This document shows, in pieces, positions 49,559 to 63,170 of a stretch of 64,000 bases of DNA. The stretch lies in contig NC_057749.1 in NCBI RefSeq assembly GCF_004010195.1, positions 11,884,839 to 11,948,838 of the forward strand, in the 5' to 3' direction. The notes beneath the pieces were generated by a model, which had not been told where the DNA came from, did no database searches, and worked only from the letters and a program-made list of their open reading frames with translations. Every line of letters begins with the position of its first letter. The stretch's first letter is position 1. The stretch comes from Chiloscyllium plagiosum (lineage: Eukaryota). Position numbers and translations under genes: made by a program.

Positions 49559-50329
49559 AACTCATATGGCTGAAAAGGAAACACAGTTTGTTTTTATTTT
49601 GTATTAACCAGGACGTTACCAAGAACATCAATTTAAGTGAAAACCAAAATTTATGTGCGAGGGGAGAATGTTGATTGGTGAACAAGCAGATTCTGATTGT
49701 CTATGACAACATTTCCACCAATGTATCAGTTATTGGTGATTGACAGTTACTTGCCAAGCTTTACTGACATGTTTGGTTTAAAATTTAAACAAAGCTTTAC
49801 TGTTAACTGTCAATCATCAGCAAAAGTCAATTTCTATACTACCAAATAATTATTGTAAACTTGTTAGAGTATTTTTGAGAATTCAACTAGCAGATTAGAT
49901 GGGTGAGAACTAGTGGATCTGGTGTATTTCAATTTTCAGAAATCTTTTGATAAGGTCCTACACACAAGGTTAGATTGAGTACTAAATTGGCCTGGATTGA
50001 GAATTACCTAACAGGAGGAAGAGAGAGAGTGGGAATAAATGGGCTAATTTCATATTGCCAGGTTGTGACTATGGGAACCAAATGTAATATTTTCATAGAA
50101 TCCCTACAATGCCGTAAGAAGCCATTTGCCTCATTGATTCTGCACAGACCCTCCAACGAGCATCCCGCCCTGCTGATCACACAGACCTAAGTGGGGATGC
50201 GAGGAGGGTGTAAAGAGGCTTCAAGAAGATTTAGAGCTGGTGAAGTCAGTCAGCAGGCATGTGGCAGATGGAATATAATGTGGAAGCATGTGAAGTTATC
50301 GCCCAGTGGTTCTGACATGCATTATTATG

Positions 50330-50950
50330 AGATGCTTTGAGAGATTAGTAATTGCATGCATCAACTCCAGCTTCCCAGATTGCCTTGGTCCACTGCAATT
50401 CACCCACTGTCACAAATAGTCCATGGTCGATACCATTTCCCTGGCCCTATACTCATCCCTGGAACATCTGTGAACATCTGGATAACAAGAATACCTAAGT
50501 CAGACTCCTATTTATTGACTTCAGCTCCACTTTCAACACCAAAATTCCAATAAAACTCATCTCCAAAATCCAAGGCCTAAGATTCTATTCTCACCTCTGC
50601 AACTGGATCCTCGACTTCCTGACCCACAGACTGCAATCAGTGTGGATAGATGGCAACACCTCCTCCACATTATCCTCAACACTGACACCCTGCAAGGCTG
50701 ACTACTCAACCCCTTACTATACTCCTTATTCACTCATGACTACGTGACCAAATTCAGCTGTAACTCCATTTACAAATTTGCTGATGACACTACTGTAGTG
50801 GTTCAGATCTCAAACAACAACAAGATGGCATACAGGAAAGAGATAGACAGTTTAATGGCATGGTGTAAAGACAACAATCTCTCTCTGATTGTCAGCAAAA
50901 CAAAGGAGCTGGTTATCGATTAAGGAAGTGGAGTGGAGGACATACCACTT
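50330..50950 (+). mobile_element. Rex1/Babar-type RT fragment
   Basis: [45 protein letters not shown]. Confidence 0.75.
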
Positions 50951-51592
50951 TGGTTTTCTCCAAAGCTGAATATTTCCAACATTTTGTTTTTGTTTGAAAT
51001 TAAGTTTAATTGAAGTGATTAAGTCAATGGAAGGATTTGGTAAGGAGAGAGAAACTATTTCCTCAGGTGGGGGTGGTAGAGAACAAAAAGGTGCAACCTT
51101 AAAATTAGAGCCAAGAGACTCAGGGTGATGTCAATAAATATTTAAATTACACAAAGGTTTGTTCAAAGCTGGAATTCTTTATTGTCAAAAGCTGTTGGAG
51201 AGTTGGTAGCAAACTGAACATTTTCAAACTGAGATTAATAGATAGGAAGAGTCAAACCAGACTCTGTTTCTCTCTCCACAGGCTCCGCCAGACCTGCTGA
51301 ACTTAATGTGCAATTTCTGTATTTCAGATTTCCAGTATCTGCAGCATTTTGCTTTTATTAATAGGGTTTTTTTGGGATAGTTACTGAGGTTTAAAAAAAA
51401 GTGTGCAGATGAAGTTTAAATATGGATCAGCCTAGAGTTAACAAAATGGTAAAACAAGCTTAACAACTGAATTAAGTCCAATTGTTCCCACCTTCTATTC
51501 ATGAAAGAATCATCAGCAGAAACAAGAAATTTTGCACAACACATGAGAAGTTACATGATGAGATTTATTCTAGAAACAAAATGAACAACCAC

Positions 51593-51725
51593 CTTTCAGC
51601 AGTGATCCGAATCCGCTCATCATTTGATGATTGTTCTTGATCTTCTTTCTGTGTGAAGTACTGTTCCACACACTGCTCCTCAAACTCCTGCAGCTTCTTC
51701 AGTTCTTCCTCACTTAGGATTAGTT
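51593..51725 (-). CDS. TRPM1: TRPM1 exon (post-TRP helices)
   Basis: 133 nt, (K)[43 protein letters not shown](R); AG/GT. Confidence 0.93.
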
Positions 51726-51894
51726 CTGTCACAAGGAAGGGGACACAAAGAAGATTATTCCTACATCCATGGTAAGAACATGGAAGTAAAAGGTGTTTAA
51801 AAGTCAATATTAATTGTCTGAATAAGCAAAGATGCAAGCACAGCAAAATTCTCTTTGAGGTGGAAATGGAAAGTGAAGAGGATTTTAAAAATTC

Positions 51895-52204
51895 ATTCAT
51901 GGGATGAAATCATCACTGACTGATCAGCACTTATTTCCCATGGGGGCAGTTAAGAGTCAACCACATTTCTATGAGAATGGAGTAACGTGGGCTACACCAA
52001 GTAAGGATGGCAGATTTTCTTCCCTAAAGAGAACTGATGAACCAGATGGGTTTTTATAACAATTGTTAGCTAACTTTTAAATGCCAAATTTTTATTGAAT
52101 TCAGGTTTCACTCCCTGCAATGGTCAGATTTGAACCTATGTCCCCAGAACATTAACCTAGGGTTCTGGATTACTAATACATTACCACTACCCCACCATAT
52201 CCCA
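51895..52204 (-). mobile_element. tRNA-derived SINE family 2
   Basis: Homologous to 56622-56956 and 61032-61345. Confidence 0.65.
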
Positions 52205-52961
52205 CTCGATGACAGGGAACAAGATAATAGTTATAGATGAGCAACCTTGCGTCTGTTCTAACATTCCAGGAGATCACAGTTGATCCACTGCATAACTCCA
52301 TAGACCCACCTTTCCCCCATATCCCTTTTAATTTTTAGACTACAATTGATCAAGAATCAATTGCCATTTGCAGGGCAGTGTTCCAAATGTGTGCTGCCCT
52401 TTGCATGTAGATTTCCCCAATCTGATTCCCAAAACTTCTGATCCAAATTTTGGATAATGTCTCCATGTAGACTCGACCATTAGCAGAAATATCTGTTCCT
52501 GAAGTATCTTTAAAAGTTTTATTAAATTAGCTCCTAAACTTTAAATTTCCAGGGAATACGATGATTGTTGCTGTAATCTTTCTTCATAATTTAGTTCTTA
52601 GACTGGTAAATCTATCCTGAACTCACTTCATTGTCAAAATAGTTTTCCAAAGATCTTGCTACCTAGTAGTGCTCAATGTTTCAAGTATAGTCCAGCCAGG
52701 GCTTTGTATACATCTAGCATGGCTTTAACTCGGAAGGTTAGAATTGTATCCCCCTTTTTGATTATTTTTGTACATATTCAGGACATTTTAATAATGCATG
52801 TACATGAATTCCAAAGTCTCTTTGGACCTTGAAAGTTACTACCTTTGCACCATTTAGAAATTAGTCTGTTCTATCACATTTACCTACGTTGAAAACCATT
52901 TCAAAATCATTTTGTCGGTTTTCTCTATTAAATTTATTTTTCAATATCTCTATGTAATTTT

Positions 52962-55900
52962 ATAGAATTAGGCCATTTAGCCCATCAAGTCTGCTCCGCC
53001 ATTCGATCATAGCTGATATATTTCACAAGTCCATTCTCTGCCTTCTCCTTATAACCCTTCATCTCCTTACTATCAAGAACCTACCTATCTCTGTCTTCAA
53101 TACAGTCAAAGGTTTGGCCCTCCAAGCCCTTGCAGAAATTAGTTCCATGGATTCACCATCCTCTGGCTGAAGAAATTCCTCCTCATTTCAGTTCTAAAGG
53201 GTCATCCCTTCACTCTGAGGTTGTGTCCGCAGGTTATAGTCTCTCCTACTAGTGAAAACATCTTCTGCATGTTCACTCTTTCTAGGCCTTTCAGTATTGT
53301 GTAGGTTTCAATTAGATCATTCCTCATCCTTCTAAACTCCATCGAGGAGACACCCAGAGTCCTCAACCGCTCCTCATATGACAAGCCCTTCATTCCCAGA
53401 ATCATAGAACATAGAACATTACAAATCAGTACAGGCCCTTCAGCCTTCGATGTTGTGCTGCCTGGTGAAACCAATCTGAAGCCCATCTAACCTACACTAT
53501 TCCATTATCATCCATATGTTTATCCAATCACCATTTCAATGCCCTTAAAGTTGGCAAGTCTATACTGTTGCAGGCAGGACATTCCACATCCTTACTACTC
53601 TGAGTAAAAAACCTACCTCTGCCATCTGTCCTATATCTATCATCCCTCAGTTTAAAGTTATATCCCCTTGTGTTAGCCATCACCATCCAAGAAAAAGGCT
53701 CTCACAGCCCACCCTATCTAATCGTCTGATCATCTTATATGCCTCTATTAAGTCACCTCTTAATCTTCTTCTCGTTAATGAAAACAGCCTCAAGTCTCAC
53801 AGTCTTTCCTCATAAGACCTTCTCTCCATACCAGCCAACATTCTGGTAAATCTCCTCTGAACCCTTTCCAGTGCTTCCACATCCTTCCTGCAATGCGGCG
53901 ACCAGAATTATATGCAATACTCCAATTGCGGCCACATCAGAGTTTTGTACAGCTGCAAAATGGCCTCATGGCTTCGAAACTCAATCCCCCCAATATAAGC
54001 TAACACACCGTATGCCTTCTTAACAACCCTATTAACCTGGGTGTCAACTTTCAGGGATCTATGTACATGGACACAGATCTCTCTGCTCATCCACACTACC
54101 AAGAATCTTACCATTAGCCTAGTACTCTGTATTCCTGTTGCTCCTTCCAAAGTGAATCACCTCACACTTTTCTGCATTAAACTCCATTTGCCACCTCTCA
54201 GCCCAGCTCTAACTTATCTATGCTCCTCTGTAACCTGCAACATCCTTTAGCACCATCCACAACTCCACCGACCTTTGTGTCATCCACAAATTTACTAACC
54301 CATCCTTCTATGCCTTCATCCAGGTCACTTATAAAAATGACAAACAGCAGTGGCCCCAAAACACATCCTTGAGGTACAGCACTAGTAACTGAACTCCAGG
54401 ATGAACATTTCCCATCAACCACCACCCTCTGACTTCTTACAGCTGGCCAATTTCTTATCCAAACCACTAAATCATCATCAATCCCATGCCTCCGTATTTT
54501 CTGCAATAGCCTACTGTGGGGAACCTGATCAAATGCCTTACTGAAATCCATATACACCACATCAACTGCTTTACCCTCATCCACTTGTTTGGTCACCTTC
54601 TCAAAGAACTCAATAAGGTTTGTGAGGCATGACCTATCCTTCACAAAACTCTGTTGACTATGCCTAATCAAGTTATTCCTTTCTAGATGATTATAAATCC
54701 TATCTCTTATAATCCTTTCCAAAACTTTGCCCGTAATAGAAGTAAGTCTCACTGGTCTATAATTAACAGGGTTGTCTCTACACCCTTCTTGAACAAGGGA
54801 ACAGCATTTGCTATCCTCCAGTCTTCTGGCACTATTCCTGTACACAACGATGACATAAAGATCAAAGCCAAAGTTTCTGCAATCTCTTCCCTAGCTTCCC
54901 AGAGAATCGTATGATAAATCCCATCCAGCCAAGGGGACTTACCTATTTTCACACTTTCCAGAATTGCTAACACCTCCTCCTTATGAATTCAATCCCATGT
55001 AGTCTAGTAGCCTGTATTTCAGTATTCTTGTCAACAATATTGTCTTTTTCCTTTGTGAATACTGATGAAAGATATTCATTTAGCACCTCTCTTATCTCTT
55101 TGGACTCCACGCACAACTTCTTGCAAACATCCTCTAGATTTCCTCGAACACCAGCACATCCTTCCTTAGATATGGGTCCAAAATTCCTCAATATTCCAAA
55201 CACAGTCTGACCAGAGGCTTATACAACCCCAGCAGTACATCCCTGCTTTAGTATTCTAGTTCTTTCAAACTGAATACTAACATTGCATTTGCCTTTCTAA
55301 CTGCCAACTGAACCGGCATGTTAACCTTAAGTGAATCCTAAACCAGAACTCTTAAGTCTCTTTGTGCTTCAGATTTCCGATGCTTTTCGCAGTTTAGAAA
55401 ATAATCTTCTCTATTCTTCCTACCAAAGCGCATAACCTCACACTTTCCAAAATGTATTCCATCTGCCACTTCTTTGCCCACTTTCATAGCCTGTCCAAGT
55501 GCTTCTGCAGCCTCACTGCTTCCTCAACCTTATCTGTCCCTTCACCTATCTTTGTGTCATCTGCAAACTTAACAACAATGCTCTCAGTTTCTTCAGCCAG
55601 ATCACTAATGTCATCAGGTTTTGCATCATAATCAAATTTGGATCAGTGGATTTCTAACCCATCATCTAAGTCATTAAGAAATACAGTGAATAGTTGAGGC
55701 TCCAACAGATATCCTTACAGAACATCAATAGTCACATCCTGTCCATTATCCTTGATCAATCTTTTGTTGTTCAACCAATTTATTGATGAGGTCAATAATT
55801 TGCCTCTAATTCTATGAACCTCAACTAAGTAGTCTCCTGAGAGGGACCTTATCAAATTTCTTCTGAAAGTCTGTATGAATAGCATTTTAAAACCTAATTA

Positions 55901-57900
55901 AAATATTATCAGGCTTTCGCTTTAGTCCTTTATCACAATGTTTTCAAGCCATTCAGTCACCCCATCCTTAATTATAGATTCTAGTAATTTCTCTACAATA
56001 GATGTTTGGCTAACTGATCTCTAATTCCCTAGTTCTACTCTCTCATATTTCTTAAATAGCAGAATAGCATGTATAATTCAATCTAAAGCATGATTCCAAA
56101 TCAAGAGAACTTTAGAAGATTATTGTTAAGGCATCAACAATATTCTCACTAATTTATTTTTAAAATGAGAGATATGAGCCATCTGTTCATTGGCACCATT
56201 ATTTTCTTTATTACAGTTATTATACTTACAGTAATTTGGGTGGACCTGTTCCAAATATTAGTTTTTCTGGGGTATCTGGCCATAGCAGTCTCTGACTCAA
56301 ATGTAAATAATTACCAGACCGATTCAAACTAATTATTCAGTATGTCCATCAGTTCCTTGTTTTTGTGGACAGTACCTTCATTATCAGTTTAAGATCCTAC
56401 ATTGCTCCTGACCAACGTTTTTTTCCTAATATAGTTATAATGACATTTTTTTGTTTTGAATTTGATATCCCTTACAAATTCCCTTTTATTTCATATTTTT
56501 ATAGTTTTTAGACTTTTTATTTATCTCTGACATTTTTTGTATATTTCCTACTTACCAGGAACTGCTACAGGCCTTCTGCCATGTTCTCCATTCAAAGATT
56601 TACCCTTTTTTTGTTTACTTTTGGGATGTGGGTGTCTTTGGCCAGGCCAGCATTTATTGACCATCCTTAATTGCCAGTTAAAAGTCAACCACATTGCCTA
56701 GAGTCTGGAGTCACATGCAGGCCAGATCAGGTAAAGATGGCAGATTTCCTTTCCTAAAGGACTTTGGTGAGCCAGATGGGTTTTTCCAACAATTGACAAT
56801 GGATTTATGGTCACCATTAGACTGTTAATTCCAGATTTTTATTGAATTCAAATTCCACCATCTGCTGTGGTGGTATTTGAACACAAGTCCCCAGAACATT
56901 AGCCAAGTATCTAGATTAATAGTCTAGCGATAATATCACTAGACCATTGCCTCCCCTTTCCTGTTTACTGTCCCATCTCATTGAAAACAGCCCAATCTAA
57001 ATCTAGGATTCAAGTTGTTATTTACTCCACCCTTTCAAATAATTGAACTCAATCGTATTCAGATTACTGTTAGATAAATATTTGTGCACTGTCAAGTCAT
57101 GAAGTAAACTTGGCTCATCACTAAATATTAAATGGATTGCCCTCTTTATCAGTTTGTGAATATATATTGTTGCAGAAAACTACCTCAGACACATTCAGAA
57201 AACTGACTCTCTTTGACATGATTTAGTCTGTTTATCCAAATCTATGTGAAAGTTAACATTGTGTCTGAAGATCACTGCCTTTTCTGTGTGCTTGTTTCAT
57301 GTCTGTATTTATGCAATCTACCATTTCACAGCTGCTACTTTGTAGGTTTGGTTAGGGGCACTATGTAAAACTCACATCATAGTGTTATACTTTCTATTTT
57401 TTAACTCTGCCCATGATTCATCACTGCTAGCTTATCCCTTGCCCCTCATCATCAAACTGATTTCATACTTAATCACAAAGGCTATTTCTCTCCATTTAGC
57501 ATCTTCCGAAACATGCCTGTAGACTTCATAACCTGATATATTTATTTGATATATTTCTATTAACCTGGATTAATTTAGTTCCCAATCCTGACCATCTTAT
57601 AGCCATGTTTTGGAAATAGTTACCATTTCATAGACTCCAGTTGAATTTACCCTTGCAGTTCATTCAATTTGTTTATTTGGCCACATACCCTAACCTGTCC
57701 TGCTTATATGTTCTTTAAGCATTTCTTATTTATCTCTGCTGTTTAAATTAATTTACATCTTTTAGTTTCCTCTTTTCCAGAGTGATAAAAGCACAATTTT
57801 GAACTATTACTCTACTTTCTATCCTTTCTTTGAGCTATTATCTAAATGATCTTTTCCACCATAGCCCTACTCCATTTACAAGTTGTGACCATCCACTTCA
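52962..57900 (-). mobile_element. Nested CR1 fragments (inner element 53400-55135 inside another CR1; older CR1 beyond 55620)
   Basis: RT ORF 54198-54845 (NYRPV.LTS, YMDFSKAFD, VPQGCVLGPLLF, SKFVDDTK); CATAGAACATAGAA tail at ~53403. Confidence 0.85.
56622..56956 (-). mobile_element. tRNA-derived SINE family 2
   Basis: Head GGGGAGGCAATGGTCTAGTG...GTTTCAAATACC; tail AATAAATGCTGGCC...CACATCCC. Confidence 0.7.
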
Positions 57901-58217
57901 TCCTTTGTACTCAGATTCTGGTTCGATTCCAGTTCAGGTGGAATCCATCCCAATTTCCTTTCAGTAGTAGTACTGCTATCCCTCTTTCCCACACGGTTCT
58001 TCAGTTTCCCTTATCTATTTATTCCTTCACTGATTTGCTTGTAACTCAGGTAATGATACAGACTTTGTAACTGTTGAGATCTCAGAGAGGGGAGGGATAG
58101 AAGGTGTTTACAGTAACTGCTGGTTAGGAGACAGTAGTTGGTTGAAGATCCAAATGATGGGGTTGGAAACAGGCAGGGCTTAAGGCCCAGTTATTATTAG
58201 GAGGAAAGTGTACACAC

Positions 58218-58408
58218 TCAGTCCCCGATCGCGTTCTTCCATCTCCTTGTTCTTCCTGCGACAGCACTGCTGCACAATCATGGACAAATAACTGAAGACG
58301 ATCAGTGGTGGTGGGAAAACAGGCCTTTCGTGAAATGTCAAGATTAGCTGATAACGCTGGAACTTCCAGACCTGGTTGGAAATGGAAATCACCTCCAAGA
58401 AGGTGTTG
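58218..58408 (-). CDS. TRPM1: TRPM1 exon with TRP box
   Basis: 191 nt, [35 protein letters not shown]...ERDRGL; TRP box VWKFQR. Confidence 0.95.
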
Positions 58409-58863
58409 CTGCAGAACAGAACACAAATCCCAATCAACAAACAGACCACAAGAGGAGCAGGTTCTATAGTCCAAGGGAGAGGGAAGAGGGAAGGAAGAGA
58501 TTGAAGGAGAGAGAGGAGGGGAGGAGGTTACTTGCAGTCCAGTGCAGGGAAGCAGACAGGGAGCAAGAGGGAGGGTAGTGCTTGGGGGAGGGAATAACAG
58601 AGTTTTATAACTCAGGATAAGAAAGAAATTAAACAGGGAATCCTTATATCAATCCAGAGAAAATGAAGAACAGTTTGAGCAAGGTGACTGGAGCTTTAAA
58701 GGAATAATAAAGGAATGTTCACAGCAGTATGATTCATAAACATTGAAGACAGCAGGAAGGACATTGTCAGCTGCTACATGGCTGATTATAATTTGCAGTT
58801 TCTTTAAACCATCAGTTACTACATGGTTGCAAAGTTGAACATGTTAACTGTTCCGATTCTTAC

Positions 58864-59008
58864 TTGAAGACAGCAATCAGCAGATTTACGAGCAGGACAT
58901 TAGCGACAAGAAGGTAACATGCCATGATAGCAGGAATAATCCAGGCCCCAGGGATACAGGGAGGGAGCCGCTTCCCATCATCATCAAACAGGTTCTCTCC
59001 ACAAGGAG
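58864..59008 (-). CDS. TRPM1: TRPM1 exon (outer pore loop and S6)
   Basis: 145 nt, [47 protein letters not shown](N); AG and GTAAG. Confidence 0.95.
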
Positions 59009-59900
59009 CTACAGGGGAAGAAATTCCTCACAGTTTAACACAGAAAACACAAGGTGCACCAACACAAGCTCAATGCCCTATCTCACTGAATGGATTCATT
59101 TTATTTCAGGGACATGACCCCACTCCAATTGTTGTTTGTCCCTTATCACTTGAGAAACTGCAGAGATCCCATTCGCATTGTCACGGAGGATTGAGGCACA
59201 GAATGACCAGAACAAAGGGGTCACAACTTTCCAAACTGCAGGAAGTCACAGTTTTCCAAACTGGGAGTGAGGTTACACCTTCCCAAACCACAGGGGATTA
59301 GGGTAATACCTGCCAAAGCAGAGGGGTCAGGCCTATGTGGGCAGATTTGTGGTAGATATTTGGAGGGGGTTGATAAGTGCAGTTGTGAGCAGACACAGAT
59401 GTTGACACAAATCCACACCCACTCTGGATGGCTACCTGCAACCCTATATGTGGAATGTGTGAACATGGGCTAAGTTGCCCACACTAGACAGTAGCTTGAA
59501 GTGAGTCACAACTTATGAGCAACTCACACAACATTGCTGAATTTTACAGAAAACTGGAAATGTTTAACCTATGAGGCTACTGAATCATGTATGTTGTTGC
59601 GTTTGATAGAACAAATGCATAAACTACAAAATCTTCACAGCCAGACTGCCCTCGCCAACTTGGAACAACTTTAATCAATCTGGCTAGCCCCTGTAACTGC
59701 TGAATTCCAGCCTTTTAAAGATCAAAATAACTTTAATAATGAACAAAAAAGGCTCAGTCAAATCTGGTCGGTTTATGGCCAAGCCTTTGTAACAAGCAAA
59801 CATAAAATCACAAACACAGAAACTAGACATCGTCACATCATACCCATAATACACACAGACTACTTCTGTCATTTAACAGCATCTACAGTCACACACTTAC

Positions 59901-59921
59901 GATTAATTTCCATGGCGTATA
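59901..59921 (-). CDS. TRPM1: TRPM1 21-nt pore-loop microexon (L/I)YAMEIN(P)
   Basis: Minus strand ttgaaccAG|TA TAC GCC ATG GAA ATT AAT C|GTAAGT; phase 1-1. LYAMEIN distinguishes TRPM1 from TRPM3. Confidence 0.92.
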
Positions 59922-60286
59922 CTGGTTCAAGATTTCATCACAGCAGGAGCAAAAATTAAGAAAGTAAAGGAAGACAGTGAGAGCAAATCTCCACAATGTC
60001 ACAAGCAAGAATTCCTGCCATACATATTCATAACAAAACCTTGCAGTCCCAGGGAATGAAATAAAGAGAGTACAGGCCAAGAGACTGTAATCAGCAAATA
60101 CTAAATGAGATGGACACTCTCAAATTCTGACTTTTCATATTACATATTGACAACCCAGTTTTACTGTCCATGAATGCAAAGATTAGATGTGACAGACAAC
60201 ATTTTGCAGTTAATTTTAAAGCTGCCATAGATTTTCAGAAGGAGCTCAAATATCTGAAGTATTTTCCTCTTTGATATTGAGAGATT

Positions 60287-60545
60287 GGGCTAAAGGTGGC
60301 TCAGTGGTTAGCACTGCTATCTCACAGCGCCAGAGACCCAGATTGGATCCCACCTTGGGCACTATCTGTGAGGAGTTTACACATTCTCCATGTGTCTGCA
60401 TGGGTTTCCTCCAGGTGCTCTGGTTTCTTCCCACAGTCCAAAGACATGCAGGATAGGTGGATCAGCCATGCTAAATTGCTTATAGTATCCAGGGAAATGC
60501 ACGGTGACAGGGATTGGATAAAGGGGTGGCTCTGGGTGGAACAGC
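60287..60545 (+). mobile_element. V-SINE (HE1-like), diverged
   Basis: GGTGGCTCAGTGGTTAGCACTGCT head and V-domain. Confidence 0.8.
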
Positions 60546-60680
60546 CCACAATATGTCAGGATGTTACTGCTTCAGACATGAACAATGGCAGTAACCCATG
60601 ACATCAGCTTGGCTGCTTTCATATTTATTATTTGCCCAAGGAAACAGGAAACGGAGTCTTACTATAAATTCTAGTCTTAC

Positions 60681-60855
60681 GGTCTATCTGATCCGCAAAC
60701 ACCTCTCCATAGATCATCCAGTAGGGCATGTAGAAAATGTTCCGGGCTAATCTCCAGGAAGGCTCCTCATCTGGATGTAGAATGGCCTGTCTTGACACCC
60801 CAAAACTCATCAGGACCACTAGCATAATGACCACAAAGTACAGCATGTCGACCAT
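60681..60855 (-). CDS. TRPM1: TRPM1 exon (S5, pore helix, selectivity filter); an alternative donor extends it to 60663
   Basis: 175 nt, [58 protein letters not shown]; two GTAAGAC donors 18 nt apart. Confidence 0.95.
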
Positions 60856-61031
60856 CTGGAAAACAACACTGAAAGTCATTCCATCACAAAGATGCATTAT
60901 ATCACAGAGCAACCATCACCATAAAGATGTCAGACAGGAAACCTGAAGTCTTCATAAAACTTCTAATCGAATGTATCAATTTTTCTTACACTGACCAGAC
61001 CCCACTCCTAAACTTTGCCAGTATGTTTGTA

Positions 61032-61345
61032 GGGGAGGTAATGGTCCAGTGGTGTTATTGCTGACTCTTAACCTAGAAACCCAAGTAAAGTTCTGGGGAC
61101 CTAAGTTCAAATCCTGCCACAGCAGAAGATGGAATTTGAATTCAATAAAAATCTGGTATCATGAGCCTGTGATCGTCGGGAATCCATTGTTGATTATGAT
61201 TAAAAACCCATCTGGTTCATTAATGTCCTTTAGGGAAGGAGACTGCTGTCCTTACCTGGTCTGGCCTATATGTGACTCTTAGCTGCCTGCTGGGATGGGC
61301 AATAAATGCTGGTTATCAAGCAATGCCATCATCCGTAAATGAGTT
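61032..61345 (+). mobile_element. tRNA-derived SINE family 2
   Basis: GGGGAGGTAATGGTCCAGTGG (A box), AGTTCAAATCC (B box), tail GGGCAATAAATGCTGG. Confidence 0.7.
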
Positions 61346-63170
61346 TTAAAAAAGTGTAATGTTTGTACTATTACATTGTACATGGATTGATGGAATAAAT
61401 GTAAGTTAATGACTTGATTTTTGCATTTAAAGGGATCAATTTTTCTTTCCATGATGGCTGTCTACTATATACAGCAGGAGCTACAACATAAAACTGACCA
61501 GATGCACACACGGTTCAACATGCGTTAGCAGATTTTGTTATTGATGCCAAACCCTCTTTTCAGTACCTATTATTTCACCCATGGCAATCTTTATAGTCAG
61601 TGTTGTACAGCATATTTGAAGCATTCACATATGTTGATTTTCTGCCTGAGTAAAACAATTAATTCTTCATTTCTGTTATTCAAATTAAAATCAGCAAATG
61701 AAACAATGGCAGTAAATGTGCAGATTTCAATTCTTCAGTAACTTCAGTTCACTTCTGTAAATTTAAATTGTTGAACACCATTGCAATGTTAAAAGAAATG
61801 CTAACATAAATGCAACAGTTGTTAGAAATCTGAATATATGAAAAAGAAAGCAAATGATAGACTCTGAAGAATCATAGAGGTCTACAGCACAGAAAGTGGG
61901 ACCAGATGGAACAGCTATTCCCTTTGAAATCATGGAATTAAAATCATATTCCATAAAATTTCTTCAGGAAATGTTTGAATCTGAAGCAGAGAATTTCCTC
62001 GTCTACCCTGATTTAACAGTTTCAGTAGCTGGCCATTTAATTTCAGAAACAGCTACAGTACTTTCTGTATTTTGTTTGTATTTACCATGTTCCTTGTCTA
62101 CTTCACCCAGAGAATATTAGACTGTTGGAAACTGGAGCCAAAAGAGGGACCAGAGACCAAGACAGGGAATAGGAGCCTGAGATGACTGCTCTCATTGCAA
62201 ACAGCAAGATGGATGCTGCATATTTCCAACGTTTGCTTTTTGCACTTTATTCCTTTCACAGGTCACTCAATCCTCGAGAGTATTTGCAGTATTTTCTGTT
62301 TTCCAAACCATCTTCAACTCAACCTCCACACATCCCGACCCTGGGAAAGTTACTGAGACATTCCCTCCCCTCTGCTGATCACAACTCGATTAGAGGTTAC
62401 TGATGACTTCAGGTCATCATTTGCCCAAGTACAGGGAGATGTACAACCTTGGGAATAAGGTTCTACAAATCCTGCAACAGAAGTTTTAACCTCCTCCACA
62501 ATCTGCTTTGATAAGGTACTTCTCCTACAGAGAAACACCCCAAGAAAACTGAGGGCGGAGCGGGGGGGGGGGTAACAGTGAATAGCAGACAGTAAGTAGT
62601 AAGGGGTAGATACCAAAGAACACAGAGACTTGATGGATTTGTTGAAGTTGGGAAATTGTGTGGTCTATAGAAACTCCAGAGATAGAGGCAAAGAGATTAA
62701 AAAAACAGAAGCTGATGGTAGAAGACAGGGAAGTAGAAGTACATGTATTCTGGAGCAACTGTGTGGGACTAAAGCGGGGAGTACAGCAGATTAGCATGAA
62801 GACTAGGCATAGTAAAACCATAACAGGATCAAGAAAGGAGGATGTGGAACTTGATTTAAAGAACTAGCAGCAGATGGTGGCTTCACTAAAGTGCGTGGAG
62901 GGAACCCAATCACAACACTTTGTCAGTTTGCATTTGAGTACAATATCCAAGTCTTTCTGCAAAGAAATGAGAATGATCTAAAAAGAGTCTGATCCAGGTT
63001 TAAAGGGGAATTCTCTGCCCCATTCTTCATGTTTCCATATTAAAGTTCAATTATCTTCTTTCTGACTGTACTAAAAGGAATTAGAATGTACGGCCACTGA
63101 AGTGGAAACTAGCTCCAGATTTAAGTACAGATTCTCAGGGTTTGAGAGTCAGATGTGAGGGCTCACTCAC

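Noticed and set aside
14874..60545. tRNA genes suggested by A and B boxes
   Set aside because: Each continues into a SINE body and tail; these are SINE heads.
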